From an uncultured Chitinophagaceae bacterium (GTDB lineage: Bacteria > Bacteroidota > Ignavibacteria > UBA10030 > UBA8401): DNA of 64,000 nucleotides. Under the pieces are notes generated by a model. The model saw only the letters and a list, made by a program, of their open reading frames with translations, was not told where the DNA came from and ran no database searches. Below are positions 20,439 to 31,249 of this stretch, piece by piece. The translations under genes were made by a program, and so were the position numbers. Location of the stretch: assembly GCA_964642725.1 (NCBI GenBank), contig CAZXQG010000005.1:16597-80596 (forward strand), read 5' to 3'. Within the stretch, counting starts at the first letter, position 1; each line of letters opens with the position of its first letter.

Positions 20439-21575
20439 ATGCATCGAATGAAAGAAATATTGCTTGCCGGGAATAGCGTCGTCATCAAGATTGGGACGAA
20501 CCTCCTGGCCGACCGGGCGAAAGGGATCAACCGCGACAGGATCGATACGATCGCGAAAAGTGTCTCCTCCCTGCAATCTCGCGGCAAGCAGGTCGCAATT
20601 GTTACATCGGGTGCGATAGGCGCGGGGATGTTATTGCTTGGAATGAAAGAACGTCCGAGGGCGATTCCCGAAAAACAGGCTGCCGCAGCCATCGGTCAGC
20701 CGATTCTCATGGAAGTATATGAGAATGCGTTCAGAAAATATCACTGTACGATTGCCCAAATTCTTTTGACAAAGGATGATTTCGTCAACAGGGCGCGGTA
20801 TATCAACACCAAGAACACATTCTCTGCCTTGTTCGAAAAAGGAGCCGTCCCGATCGTCAACGAGAATGATACCGTAGCCGTAGAGGAAATCAAGCTCGGG
20901 GATAACGATAATCTTTCGGCCCTTGTTGCCAACCTTATCGAAGCAGACCTGCTGATTATCCTCAGCGATGTCGATGGACTTTTTTCAGATAACCCGACGA
21001 GAAATCCGAAAGCTCAATTGATTTCCGTTGTGGACAAGGTTACGCCAAATGTTGAAAAACTGGCGAAGAAGCATGGCAGTGAAATGAGCACCGGCGGGAT
21101 GTTTACCAAGGTCCAAGCAGCGAAGCAATGCGTTTCCGCGGGAATTCCCGTCATCATCGCAAACGGAACGAATCCCGGCATTCTCGATGAAATCTTCGCC
21201 GGCAAGAATTCAGGAACGCTGTTCCTGCCCGCAAACAATAAAATGAATGTGCGAAAAAAGTGGATCGGATTTGTGTCGGATTCAAAAGGGGTCGTCGTTG
21301 TTGACGGCGGGGCAAAAAGCGCTTTACTCATAAAACAAAAAAGTCTTCTTCCATCCGGAGTTCTGGAAGTGCGTGGAGAGTTTGAGACGGACGATACGAT
21401 TTCAGTCGTAGACACGGAAGGAAATGAAATTGCACGGGGCGTTGCGGGATATGCATCATCCGACCTCAATAAAATTAAGGGGAAGAAAACCAGCGAGATT
21501 CAGAAAACCCTAAACCGGAAAGGCAGCGACGAAGTCATTCACCGTAATAATCTTGTGTTGATTGGAACAGAATAA
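20439..21575 (+). CDS. proB: Glutamate 5-kinase (with PUA domain)
   Basis: Amino-acid kinase fold plus a C-terminal PUA domain. TAATG overlap with proA. Confidence 0.95.
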   Translation: MHRMKEILLAGNSVVIKIGTNLLADRAKGINRDRIDTIAKSVSSLQSRGKQVAIVTSGAIGAGMLLLGMKERPRAIPEKQAAAAIGQPILMEVYENAFRKYHCTIAQILLTKDDFVNRARYINTKNTFSALFEKGAVPIVNENDTVAVEEIKLGDNDNLSALVANLIEADLLIILSDVDGLFSDNPTRNPKAQLISVVDKVTPNVEKLAKKHGSEMSTGGMFTKVQAAKQCVSAGIPVIIANGTNPGILDEIFAGKNSGTLFLPANNKMNVRKKWIGFVSDSKGVVVVDGGAKSALLIKQKSLLPSGVLEVRGEFETDDTISVVDTEGNEIARGVAGYASSDLNKIKGKKTSEIQKTLNRKGSDEVIHRNNLVLIGTE

Positions 21576-22828
21576 TGGCCGCCGGCAACGTCCCCAAAAA
21601 AGCCAGATCGGTAAAAGAAGCAAGCAGCGTATTGTACAATTGCTCATCACGGCAGAAGAACGCCTTGCTCAAAGCGATTGTCTTTCGACTACGCGATCAA
21701 ATTCCAGAGATTCTCCAAGCGAACAAAAAGGATCTCAAAAGCGCCGCAGCCGCAAAGTTATCAGACGTGTTAACAGATCGCCTCACATTGAATGAACAAC
21801 GGATAGCGCAAATGATGGAAGGGGTAAAGGACGTCATTAAATTAAGCGACGCCGTCGGCACTGTAGTCGAGAAAATAAAGAGACCGAATGGACTCTGTAT
21901 AGAGAAAATGCGAGTTCCCCTGGGTGCAGTGGGTATTATTTACGAATCGCGGCCTAATGTGACAATCGATGCGGCAGCGCTCTGCCTAAAATCCGGAAAT
22001 GCAGTATTGCTTCGCGGAGGTTCCGAAGCAATCCACACAAACAAAAAACTTGTTGCCGTTATCAAAACAGCGCTGAACGAGGTCGACCTTCCTGCGGGCT
22101 GCGTCGAGTTTATTGATACCACGGACCGAGCCGCAGTGCTGGAGATGTTGAAGCAAGAAAAATATCTCGACGTGGTCATTCCCCGAGGGAGTCAGCAACT
22201 GATCAGTTTTATTCAGGCAAACTCCTCCGTGCCCGTAATCGCACACGGCGAGGGCAATTGCCATATCTATGTGGACAACTCTGCCGACATTGCAATGGCA
22301 GAAGAGATTGTCTTCAATGCTAAAGTCCAAAGGCCGTCAGTCTGCAACGCTGCTGAAAAACTGTTAGTCCACAGTTCCATTGCCGCACAATTCCTTCCTC
22401 GCGTAGCACGAAGGCTATCGCGCGCGGGAGTTGAAATCAGAGGGGACAAAGAAACGCTTGCATTTGTTGAGAATGCAATTCCTGCTGCACAAACCGATTG
22501 GAGTAAAGAATATCTGGACTTGATCATCGCAATAAAAGTAGTAAAAAACCTCGATGCAGCGATCATGCATATCAACCGGTACGGTTCACACCATTCCGAT
22601 GCGATCGTCACGCAAAACACAAGTCATGGCGAACGATTCTTACGGGAGGTCGATTCGGCCGCTGTGTATGTGAACGCTTCGACGCGGTTTACCGATGGTT
22701 TTGAATTCGGCCTTGGCGCGGAAATAGGGATAAGCACGCAAAAGCTTCATGCGCGCGGTCCGATGGGACTCGTCGATCTGACAAGCATTAAGTACGTCGT
22801 TCACGGGAAGGGACAGATCAGAAAGTAG
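21575..22828 (+). CDS. proA: Gamma-glutamyl phosphate reductase
   Basis: Aldehyde-dehydrogenase-family fold with a catalytic Cys region. 417 aa. Confidence 0.95.
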   Translation: MAAGNVPKKARSVKEASSVLYNCSSRQKNALLKAIVFRLRDQIPEILQANKKDLKSAAAAKLSDVLTDRLTLNEQRIAQMMEGVKDVIKLSDAVGTVVEKIKRPNGLCIEKMRVPLGAVGIIYESRPNVTIDAAALCLKSGNAVLLRGGSEAIHTNKKLVAVIKTALNEVDLPAGCVEFIDTTDRAAVLEMLKQEKYLDVVIPRGSQQLISFIQANSSVPVIAHGEGNCHIYVDNSADIAMAEEIVFNAKVQRPSVCNAAEKLLVHSSIAAQFLPRVARRLSRAGVEIRGDKETLAFVENAIPAAQTDWSKEYLDLIIAIKVVKNLDAAIMHINRYGSHHSDAIVTQNTSHGERFLREVDSAAVYVNASTRFTDGFEFGLGAEIGISTQKLHARGPMGLVDLTSIKYVVHGKGQIRK

Positions 22829-22900
22829 GAATTTAAGAGCCAGGAGTATGCCGAAGAATTCGCTTCACTGTTTGCTCATTGTTGATTGTTCATTGATGTT

Positions 22901-24658
22901 TCACTCAACGCATTTCATCACAACAAGTGTGATATCGTCGGATTGCGGCGCGCCAGAAGTGTAGCGCGCAATTTCGTTTTGAATTTCATCGAGAGTGCGC
23001 TGAGCTGTCAGCGGGCCGATAGTTCGCAAAAACTCTTCAACCTTCTCTTCTGTATAATCAACCCCTTCGACATTCATCGCTTCGCTTATTCCGTCGGTGA
23101 ACATGACAACGACGTCTCCGGGAAATAGCTGAACGTCTCCCTCGATGTACGGCGCCGCCTCTCTCGTCACGCCGAGAATAATTCCCCCTTCCTTCAGCCT
23201 TTCGATTGACTTGTTCTTCCGCACAACGAAAGGATAATTATGACCCGCATTTACATAACGGAACATTTTAGTGACCGGATCAAAAATTCCCCAGCAAAAG
23301 GTGATGAATTTATCGCTGCCGGTATTGTCGCAAATGAGGCGGTTCACCCGCGAAGTCATTTCAGAGAGAGGAAGATCGAAATGAACAAGCGTTCGGATCG
23401 TTGCCTGGACATTCGCCATCAAAAGCGAAGCGGGCGCCCCTTTGCCCGACACATCACCGATGGCTATTACGCAACGCCCGCCTTCCAGAACAACGACGTC
23501 GTAGTAGTCCCCGCCAACCTGCTTTGAGGAGATGTTCAAGGCCGCAAGATCCAGTCCCGGAATTTTCGGCAGTGAACGTGGAAGCAGGCCTTTTTGAATC
23601 TCGCGGGCGATGTTCAATTCATTTTCCATCTTTTGCTTTTCGACAGCTTCGTAAAAGAGGCGCGTGTTTTCCAATGAAATGATGGCGAGATTTCCAAGAC
23701 TGTAGATGAACTCCAGGTCCGAATCCGAGTACACTCCTCCGCGAAGCCGCTCGCCAAGGCACAACATCCCTTTCACTTCATTCTGCACCTGAAGCGGAAT
23801 AAGAGCAACGATCCCCTGCTCCTCACAGGCCTCCCGAAGAGTCAACAAAACTTTTTTTCGCTGAAGGTCAGATACTAACACGGGTGAAGTGATGTTTTCG
23901 AACAGCACCTGCTTGTATTCTGAAAAATCCTGTGTATTGATCCGCGAAGCAACGGTCTCGCCGTTCCGGAGAAACACTGCATAGCGGCTTGCCCCCACTT
24001 GCCCCATCAGCGTAAACGTGAAAAGCTTCAACAGCTTTTCCCTGTCAAAAATAGCGTTGAACTCTTTGCTGAGCTCGAACAGCGTGCGCAATTCCTGGAC
24101 TTTTTCGTCGAGTGCCCGGTTGACATTCTTCACTTCCCCGAAGGCAATTCCTTTTTCAATCGCCGCTGCGGAGATGCTGATAATTGCCTCGACAAAACCT
24201 TTCTCCTCTGTCGTCAGTTTTTCTTTGCTCACACGTTTGCCTATCCCAAAAAACCCCAGGACGATGCCGTGAGATACGATCGGAAACATCCTCACAATGC
24301 CGATTTTGAAAAGCTGCACCTCATCGGGGCTCATGGTATGGGAAAGGGCAAAGCTCCTTCGTGGAACGCGCGGGAAAACAAATTCTTTTGAAGCAAACTC
24401 AACGGGAATTCCTTTAGAGTTTTCTATACGGAAGTGCTTCTCTTTCGTTTTAATGAGCACAACGCTCTTAGACATCAGGAGTTTCCCCATCAATGTTAAG
24501 AGAACGGTTCCGAGTATGAATTTCAGGTCGAGGGAAGAATTCACAATGTTGCTGAATTCAAACAACGGCGTAATATCGGCAAGGCGATTGATGTTCGGCG
24601 AATGCGTGGAAGGCTTCAAAAGGAACGATCCTTGGCGTTCATAATTCGGATGCCTCAT
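22901..24658 (-). CDS. GAF-domain PP2C-family serine phosphatase (SpoIIE/RsbU-like)
   Basis: N-terminal GAF-like regions plus a C-terminal PP2C with GDVSGKG and DGISEA motifs. Confidence 0.85.
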   Translation of the reverse strand: MRHPNYERQGSFLLKPSTHSPNINRLADITPLFEFSNIVNSSLDLKFILGTVLLTLMGKLLMSKSVVLIKTKEKHFRIENSKGIPVEFASKEFVFPRVPRRSFALSHTMSPDEVQLFKIGIVRMFPIVSHGIVLGFFGIGKRVSKEKLTTEEKGFVEAIISISAAAIEKGIAFGEVKNVNRALDEKVQELRTLFELSKEFNAIFDREKLLKLFTFTLMGQVGASRYAVFLRNGETVASRINTQDFSEYKQVLFENITSPVLVSDLQRKKVLLTLREACEEQGIVALIPLQVQNEVKGMLCLGERLRGGVYSDSDLEFIYSLGNLAIISLENTRLFYEAVEKQKMENELNIAREIQKGLLPRSLPKIPGLDLAALNISSKQVGGDYYDVVVLEGGRCVIAIGDVSGKGAPASLLMANVQATIRTLVHFDLPLSEMTSRVNRLICDNTGSDKFITFCWGIFDPVTKMFRYVNAGHNYPFVVRKNKSIERLKEGGIILGVTREAAPYIEGDVQLFPGDVVVMFTDGISEAMNVEGVDYTEEKVEEFLRTIGPLTAQRTLDEIQNEIARYTSGAPQSDDITLVVMKCVE

Positions 24659-24684
24659 TCGATGTCAATGAGGGGCAAGAATTC

Positions 24685-25122
24685 TTAGTGGAGATATTTA
24701 ATAAGTCTCACGACGTTCTTTTTAGGATGAATCGTGTACTCCACTTTATCCATCAACTTCTTCATCAAATACATTCCCAATCCGCCCCGTTTGTAGTGAG
24801 ACATGTACTCTTTCATGTTCGGGACCGGTATCTGGTTGGGATTAAAATGTTTTCCATGATCCTCGATAAGAATTTCAAACTCCGGCTTTTTCATCGAAAC
24901 GACAATGTCAATTTGCTTGTCCGCGGCATAGCTGTAGGCGTGCTTGATAATGTTCGTACATGCTTCATCAACAGCGAGGGCAATATTGTTGACGTCATCT
25001 TCCTTAAAGCCGAAGACCTTTGCCGCATCGGCGACAAATTCGCGCGCCATGTTCAGCTTCTCCGTCTGGCTTGGAATGCGCAAATTCAATCGAGTTGTCT
25101 TTTGATTACCGCCGCTGGTCAA
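24685..25122 (-). CDS. Anti-sigma regulatory factor / serine protein kinase (RsbW/SpoIIAB-like, HATPase_c)
   Basis: N-box EACTNIIKHAY, G-box GGLGM. About 145 aa. Confidence 0.8.
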   Translation of the reverse strand: MTSGGNQKTTRLNLRIPSQTEKLNMAREFVADAAKVFGFKEDDVNNIALAVDEACTNIIKHAYSYAADKQIDIVVSMKKPEFEILIEDHGKHFNPNQIPVPNMKEYMSHYKRGGLGMYLMKKLMDKVEYTIHPKKNVVRLIKYLH

Positions 25123-25160
25123 CGTTCCAATCTCCTTTTTCCCGTGAGGTTCATGGTTTC

Positions 25161-25541
25161 CTACTTGCTCGATTGTTTCTTTGCATCGAACTTTTTCACC
25201 GCCTCGTGTTCATCGGTGAAGATTTCGTACAACATCGGAAAACCGAGAAGGTCGAAGATATTGTAGACTTTCGGCGACATGTTGGACATCTTGATGTCTC
25301 CCCCACCCGTCCGCACATCCTCGATGAAGGCCATAAACACTCCCAGCCCCGCGCTGGAAATGTATGCCAGGTCCTTGCAATTGACCAAGATATTTAGTTT
25401 CTCTTCTTTGATGAGTTTTTGAAATGCCTCTTCAAGGTTTGGGGCGGTATGCGCATCCAAATATCCCTTCAAGTCCATGACATGGACTTTTCCGCTCACC
25501 CGAAATGAAATCTTGAATTCGTTCATCTGATAACTCCTCAC
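25161..25541 (-). CDS. STAS-domain anti-sigma factor antagonist
   Basis: STAS fold with the phosphorylatable Ser motif ISSAGLGVF. Confidence 0.8.
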   Translation of the reverse strand: MRSYQMNEFKISFRVSGKVHVMDLKGYLDAHTAPNLEEAFQKLIKEEKLNILVNCKDLAYISSAGLGVFMAFIEDVRTGGGDIKMSNMSPKVYNIFDLLGFPMLYEIFTDEHEAVKKFDAKKQSSK

Positions 25542-25565
25542 AATAATAGTTGAAAATCGTCTCTC

Positions 25566-27662
25566 TCACCGTGGCGCTCCCTTCCATTTCACCACGAACA
25601 CAGTGAGATCATCATCATATCCTTGAGCGTCCGTGTAACTCCAGACGCGTTGAATGATTTCTTCCTTAATCTCTTCCGCAGAATGCGAGCGCTTTTCTTG
25701 AACAACGCTCATCAAACGCTCGTAGCCGAATTCTTCTCCCGCTGAGGAGCGCGATTCCGTAACGCCATCCGTATAAAAAACGCAGACATCCCCCTTATTC
25801 ATCATGATCCTTTTTTCTTCAAGCGAGTCTTCGAATAACATTCCGGCACTCAACCCTAAACCCATGCCGGTCGGTGTAATGTACTCAATCGAGGCAGAAG
25901 TTGCATACAACATCGGGCAATGTCCGGCTCGGCTGAGAACAAGCTCCCCTGTCGAAACATCGAGGACGGCATAAATTAAACTAATAAAAGATCGTTTGTC
26001 AATGCTCGAGATCAGCGACTGATTTGCTTTGATGAGAAATGTTCTGGGAGATGAATAAATTTTGCTGAGCGACTGGAAAATACCTTTCACTTCTGCCATA
26101 TAAAAAGCGGCTCCGACTCCTTTGCCCGAGACATCGCCGATGACGATGCCGACATGGCGGTCATCCAGTATTGCAATATCATAATAGTCGCCGCCAACTT
26201 CGAGGGCCGGTGCGGAGACAGCCTGCATTTCCACGTTCGGGAATATCGGGAGCGTTTGCGGGAGAAGGCGCTTCTGCATTTCCTGTGCGAGTAGTAATTC
26301 CCGCTGAAGACGCTCCTTTTCCAGCGACCGTTGAATCAATGTTGCGTTCTCGATCGCAATGGTCACTTGGTCGGCAAACCCGGACAACACTTCGATGTCG
26401 TCTTGGTCAAAACCGAAATCCATTTGTTTCGTCGCGTAAAGGATTCCTATCAGATTTTGATGCGACACCAGCGGCACCACCAAAAGCGATCCGACCTTCT
26501 TGAGCTTTGTCATATATTTCGTGCGACGGTCGGTGCTCACATCATCGATGAGCAGGACTTTTTTTGAGGAGAATACGAGCGAGCGGATCGAAACCTGATC
26601 GCCGAATAAGATCGTCTGGATATCCTCGGTTGAAATATTCCTCGCAGAGACAATTCCATTGCTGGCGTGGGAGGATTTTCTCTCTCCTTCGTTTGGAAAA
26701 ACTTCCAGCCACGAACTCGACGCCTCACAAACCTCAAAGGTCATCTTCGTGACAGTCTCCGCCAATTCGTTAAGGTCAAACACCTGCGTAATGAGCCTGC
26801 TGAGGTTGTGGAGCGAACTCAATTCGGTCTGTTTCCGGTCGAAGGCTTCTGCCGTCGGCAAATGGAAGAGTGTGCTGATGAATGCCATTCCAAAATACAC
26901 GGCGCCGAACAACGAGGTCAATTGAACAAACGTGTGCAGCGGATAACTGAAATAGAGGAGTGCCTTTGCCAAAAACGGTTTGTCTGAAATGGAGAGAAGA
27001 ATGTTGACCGCCATGAAAGCAAAAAAAGCGAGCAAGGCGTAGACCATCGCATAAATCTTCTCACGACGCGACAGGTACGCGATCCATGACAATCGGAACG
27101 AGTTAACGATAATCATGACGACGGCAAGAACAAAAAAGACGGTCGTGTAAACCGACAGCTCGAGCGGCCGGAGGTTGATCGTCGTCGCAGATGCTAGGAA
27201 GAAAAAGATCAGCAGAATCCAAAAATTGCGCCGCGTCCCTTTTTTCCTTTTATACAACAGCATGTCCTTGATATTGAGCATTGTCATAACCGCCACAATG
27301 CCGGCAGCGATGCTCAGAACGGTGGAAAAAAGAATGGTGATATAATCGCGGGGAAATAATTTGAACGCCCGAGTTTCAAATTCATTGAAGTGCAGCACAC
27401 TTGCAGTGATCGACAGGGCGACAAAGATTCCAGCCCATGCAGCAACCCGACCGATTCGCTGAATCATTGTGAACTGGCGTTCTTTTCTCAGCGTTTCGAT
27501 GTAGAATGTGCAGAGAATAAAAGCAAGAATAACTAACGCTCCGCGGCCAACGGAAAAATTTCCGAGCTCAGCATCGAGGCTCTTCATCGTGGCATCGATA
27601 ATGAACACCGAGCTAAAAAGGAGAATGGAAACGAGGAGTGAAAGTAGTTTTCTAATCTTCAT
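25566..27662 (-). CDS. Membrane-anchored sensor phosphatase (multi-TM N-domain + GAF + PP2C/SpoIIE)
   Basis: About 8 N-terminal transmembrane helices, a central GAF domain, and a C-terminal PP2C (GDVSGKG, DGVTES). Confidence 0.85.
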   Translation of the reverse strand: MKIRKLLSLLVSILLFSSVFIIDATMKSLDAELGNFSVGRGALVILAFILCTFYIETLRKERQFTMIQRIGRVAAWAGIFVALSITASVLHFNEFETRAFKLFPRDYITILFSTVLSIAAGIVAVMTMLNIKDMLLYKRKKGTRRNFWILLIFFFLASATTINLRPLELSVYTTVFFVLAVVMIIVNSFRLSWIAYLSRREKIYAMVYALLAFFAFMAVNILLSISDKPFLAKALLYFSYPLHTFVQLTSLFGAVYFGMAFISTLFHLPTAEAFDRKQTELSSLHNLSRLITQVFDLNELAETVTKMTFEVCEASSSWLEVFPNEGERKSSHASNGIVSARNISTEDIQTILFGDQVSIRSLVFSSKKVLLIDDVSTDRRTKYMTKLKKVGSLLVVPLVSHQNLIGILYATKQMDFGFDQDDIEVLSGFADQVTIAIENATLIQRSLEKERLQRELLLAQEMQKRLLPQTLPIFPNVEMQAVSAPALEVGGDYYDIAILDDRHVGIVIGDVSGKGVGAAFYMAEVKGIFQSLSKIYSSPRTFLIKANQSLISSIDKRSFISLIYAVLDVSTGELVLSRAGHCPMLYATSASIEYITPTGMGLGLSAGMLFEDSLEEKRIMMNKGDVCVFYTDGVTESRSSAGEEFGYERLMSVVQEKRSHSAEEIKEEIIQRVWSYTDAQGYDDDLTVFVVKWKGAPR

Positions 27663-27908
27663 GAAAAACGGTTGATGGAATACGTATGATACTTACTTTA
27701 CTTCGTTGAAAATGAGGGAAAGTTGCAGCCAGCCGCATCAAAAATATCGAAAAGCGGGTTGAATAACAAGGAGAAGAGAGGAGTGCTTTTCGGCCTATTT
27801 CCCCTGTTGGGTCAAAACAATTCTCAAAAATCTATTGCAAAGAATGAGAAAATTTCTTATCTTCATTGAAGAAATTAAGCATGTGAAGGAAAGGAATTTT
27901 TAGATATT

Positions 27909-28100
27909 ATGGCAAAAGTCTGTGAAATATGCGGTAAAAGGCCGATTGCGGGAAACAATGTAAGCCATGCAAACAACCGGTCTCCGCGTCGATGGCTTCC
28001 AAATCTTCAGGAAGTGCGGGCAATGGTCAACGGCTCCGTCAAGCGTGTGAGGGTATGCAGTTCTTGCTTGAAAGCAGGAAAAATTCAGAAAGCCATCTGA
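27909..28100 (+). CDS. rpmB: 50S ribosomal protein L28
   Basis: 63 aa with the [10 protein letters not shown]...RVCSSCLK zinc-ribbon L28 signature. Confidence 0.9.
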   Translation: MAKVCEICGKRPIAGNNVSHANNRSPRRWLPNLQEVRAMVNGSVKRVRVCSSCLKAGKIQKAI

Positions 28101-28127
28101 CCAATAACGAGGTTTTAAGATTGCAAA

Positions 28128-28156
28128 GGTCATCGTCACGATGGCCTTTTTTGTTT
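28128..28156 (+). terminator. Rho-independent terminator after rpmB
   Basis: Hairpin ggtcatcgt-c-acgatggcc followed by TTTTTTGTTTG. Confidence 0.6.
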
Positions 28157-28257
28157 GTCCGGCGCCAGAACATTAATGCGATTTAATGAGCCACTTTGCC
28201 CACGCGCTTTCATTTTTCGATATAAATAGGTAGATTAGGCAGAATTGAGGAGATGAG

Positions 28258-28881
28258 ATGTCCCCACCTAATCAGCTTACACTGCTGCGAATCATTTTAA
28301 CGCCTGCATTTGCGTTACTCCTGTTTTCTGACTCTCCGACAAATAAACAGTTAGCATTGCTCGTGTATTGCCTTGCGGCGCTGACCGATTGGTACGACGG
28401 ATGGGTTGCACGGCGATGGGGCTACATTACACGGTGGGGAAAGTTTCTCGACCCGCTAGCAGACAAAGTGCTGACATCGGTTGCGTTTATTTCTTTTATC
28501 TATATCGGGTACGCAAGCGCGTGGATGGTGTGGATTATTGTTACAAGGGATATCTTTATAACGCTTCTCCGTTCATATTCTGAATACAAGGGTAAGCCGG
28601 TCGAAACAATAAAATTTGCGCGGACAAAAACATTCTTCCAACTCGTCGTCATTTACCTCTTCCTCGTCGCATACGTCATCAGAAGCTCTCCGACGCTCTA
28701 TGCCCATTACGGTATTTGGGTTGAAATTGCAGCCGCCAAAGAAATCATGTTCGGGCTGATGTTGATAGTAACAATCCTTACTGCATGGTCGGGAGTTCTC
28801 TATCTCGTCCAAAACTGGAATATCATTAAAGAATTATTCATGCCGAATGATCGAGCCGCCGAAACTGAACAACCCAACTGA
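28258..28881 (+). CDS. pgsA: CDP-diacylglycerol--glycerol-3-phosphate 3-phosphatidyltransferase
   Basis: CDP-alcohol phosphatidyltransferase motif D-x2-DG-x2-AR...G...DP..DK. Confidence 0.85.
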   Translation: MSPPNQLTLLRIILTPAFALLLFSDSPTNKQLALLVYCLAALTDWYDGWVARRWGYITRWGKFLDPLADKVLTSVAFISFIYIGYASAWMVWIIVTRDIFITLLRSYSEYKGKPVETIKFARTKTFFQLVVIYLFLVAYVIRSSPTLYAHYGIWVEIAAAKEIMFGLMLIVTILTAWSGVLYLVQNWNIIKELFMPNDRAAETEQPN

Positions 28882-29359
28882 CACAATCGTTGTAGAATCT
28901 CAGCCGTCGCCGGCTGTATCTCCGCTTATTAAGATTTTTGCGTCCGCTCTTTTTTCAGGCTATGCACCGTTTGCCTCTGGAACAGTGGGAACGTTGGTCG
29001 GAATTCTCATTTACCTCATCCCCTCATTTTCCCAAACAGCAATCCTGCTGCCAGCGTGCGCCTTTGTGTTCGTCCTCGGAAGCCTTGCAGCCGGTACAAT
29101 GGAAAAAGCATACGGCCATGACCCGTCGATCGTTACTATCGACGAAGTCCTGGGAATCTGGGTCAGCCTTCTCTTTCTGCCAAAATCATACGTCATTATC
29201 GCGGCTGCTTTCTTTTTCTTCCGACTATTCGACGTGCTCAAGCCGTGGCCCGCGAACGTGTTCGACAAAAGGCACGGCGGCTGGAATATCATGCTCGACG
29301 ACGTCGTTGCTGGAATATACACGAACGTCGTTCTTCAAATCGCTTTCAGAGTTTTTTAG
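28847..29359 (+). CDS. pgpA: Phosphatidylglycerophosphatase A
   Basis: PgpA family (GYAPFASGTVGTL...TIDEVLG). Overlaps the pgsA 3' end by 35 bp. Confidence 0.8.
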   Translation: MIEPPKLNNPTDTIVVESQPSPAVSPLIKIFASALFSGYAPFASGTVGTLVGILIYLIPSFSQTAILLPACAFVFVLGSLAAGTMEKAYGHDPSIVTIDEVLGIWVSLLFLPKSYVIIAAAFFFFRLFDVLKPWPANVFDKRHGGWNIMLDDVVAGIYTNVVLQIAFRVF

Positions 29360-29395
29360 TGCATTCAAACCTCCCAACATTTTATGGACAGTCAT

Positions 29396-30668
29396 CATGG
29401 ACGGTGAAGTCATCACCATTGGCGACGAGCTTCTCATCGGTCAAGTCATTAACACAAATCAGGCGTACATTGCCGAAAAGCTCAACACCGTAGGAGTGTT
29501 CGTCGAACGAATGACGACAGTCGGCGACAACCGGGTAGATATTCTTCGGGCGTTCCGCTCGGCGTGGGAAATGTACGACGTTGTGTGCGTTACCGGCGGA
29601 CTCGGGCCGACGCATGATGATATCACAAAAAAACTTGTTTGCGAATTTTTCACAACCGACCTGGTGAGAAACGAAGCTGTCTTTAACGACGTCAAAGCTC
29701 TTTTCGCAAAACGCAACATGGCATGGACAGCATCGGCAGAGGGGCAGGTGCTTGTTCCGCGCACATGCAAAGTCCTTCGCAACAGCAGCGGCACGGCACC
29801 GGGAATGCTTTTTGAAGAAGCAGGCAAAGAGGGAAAAAAATACTTTGTTGTGATGCCGGGAGTCCCCTTCGAAATGAAAAGCATTATGGACGAAGAGCTT
29901 CTCCCCTACTTTGAAAAAGAGCATTTCGGCACGGTCGTTCGTCATCGCACACTGAAGACAACCGGCATCGGAGAATCAACACTGGCCGCAGAAATTGGAA
30001 GTATCGATGAAGTGATCGGAACAGACGGAACCACAACACTTGCATTTCTCCCTAATCCTCTCGGCACGAAAGTGCGCATCACCGTTCGGGATAACTCCGT
30101 CGAAGCCGCAGAACGGAAATTAACGGCGGCTGAACAAAAACTGAGGACGCATGCGCAACAATACATCTACAGCTCGAACGAAATGGAACTTGAAGATGTC
30201 GTCGGAGCACTTCTGACAGAGAGAAAACTAACGATTGCCGTCGCCGAATCGTGCACAGGGGGATTGATCGCGCACCGCATTACAAACGTCTCCGGAAGTT
30301 CAAATTACTTCAAACGTGCCTTCGTCACGTATTCGAACGAGTCGAAGATTGAGACGCTGTCCGTTGCGAAAGAGCTGATCGAGCAACACGGAGCAGTGAG
30401 CTGTGAAGTTGCGTCGGCGATGGCAGCAGGAGCACGAAAGAATGCCGATGTTGACATCGCGCTTTCAACCACAGGAATTGCCGGACCAACCGGGGGAACG
30501 CCGGAAAAGCCGGTCGGTTTAGTGTGGATCGGGTATGCCGATTCAAAAGACTCCCTCGCCTTGAAATTCAATTTTAACGACCATCGCCTTCGATTCAAAG
30601 AGCGGGCGTCACAGGCCGCCCTTGAGCTGCTGAGAAGAAAGTTGTTAAAACTTGAAATTCGAAAATAG
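29396..30668 (+). CDS. cinA: Competence/damage-inducible protein CinA (MoCF-binding + CinA C-terminal domain)
   Basis: True start at MDGEVITIGDELLIGQ (ATG at 29396). The longer ORF called from 28938 is an out-of-frame read-through. The C-terminal CinA domain carries VAESCTGG. Confidence 0.85.
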
Positions 30669-30674
30669 CCCCCG

Positions 30675-31241
30675 ATGAAAGGCATGCGGACGTTCATTGG
30701 CATTTTCCCCCCTCCCCACATTCAATCGGCTATAGCAGAAATTCAATCGTCGCTCAAAATCGACGATTCCGGAATTCGCTGGGAAGATCAAAAAAAATTT
30801 CACGTAACAATGAAGTTTTTAGGCAACGTGCCGCAGGATCAACTTCATCAGCTTTACATTGTATTGGAACGGAAGAGCCAATCAATCAGCCGGTTCGAAA
30901 TAACTCTGACAAATGCCGGTTGTTTTCCTACCGCGCGGGCTCCAAAGACAGTGTGGATCGGCTCTTGGATGGATCAAAACATCCTGCTTCAAGACTGTTT
31001 CACGGCTGTCGAAAATGCGTGCGCCTCTGCCGGCTTCAAGAAGGAAGAACGCCGGTTCCATCCCCATATAACGCTCGGCAGGGTAAAAGGAAAAATTTCT
31101 GAAAACTTGATTAAGAAGATTGAAAATACTACCTTTGAACCATTACAATTCCTCTGTACCGAGTTGCTCATCATGAAAAGCGACCTCTCCCCCTCGGGTT
31201 CAGCATATTCACAACTATCCAGTATTCCATTGAAACAATAG
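30675..31241 (+). CDS. thpR: RNA 2',3'-cyclic phosphodiesterase (2H phosphoesterase, LigT/ThpR)
   Basis: Two H-x-T/S-x motifs (HVTMKF and HITLGR). Confidence 0.8.
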   Translation: MKGMRTFIGIFPPPHIQSAIAEIQSSLKIDDSGIRWEDQKKFHVTMKFLGNVPQDQLHQLYIVLERKSQSISRFEITLTNAGCFPTARAPKTVWIGSWMDQNILLQDCFTAVENACASAGFKKEERRFHPHITLGRVKGKISENLIKKIENTTFEPLQFLCTELLIMKSDLSPSGSAYSQLSSIPLKQ

Positions 31242-31249
31242 GAGCTTTT

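Noticed and set aside
28938-29395. 5' part of the long ORF 28938..30668 read as an extended CinA
   Set aside because: This segment is out of frame with, and overlaps, the well-supported pgpA. The CinA domain begins at MDGEVITIG (ATG at 29396).
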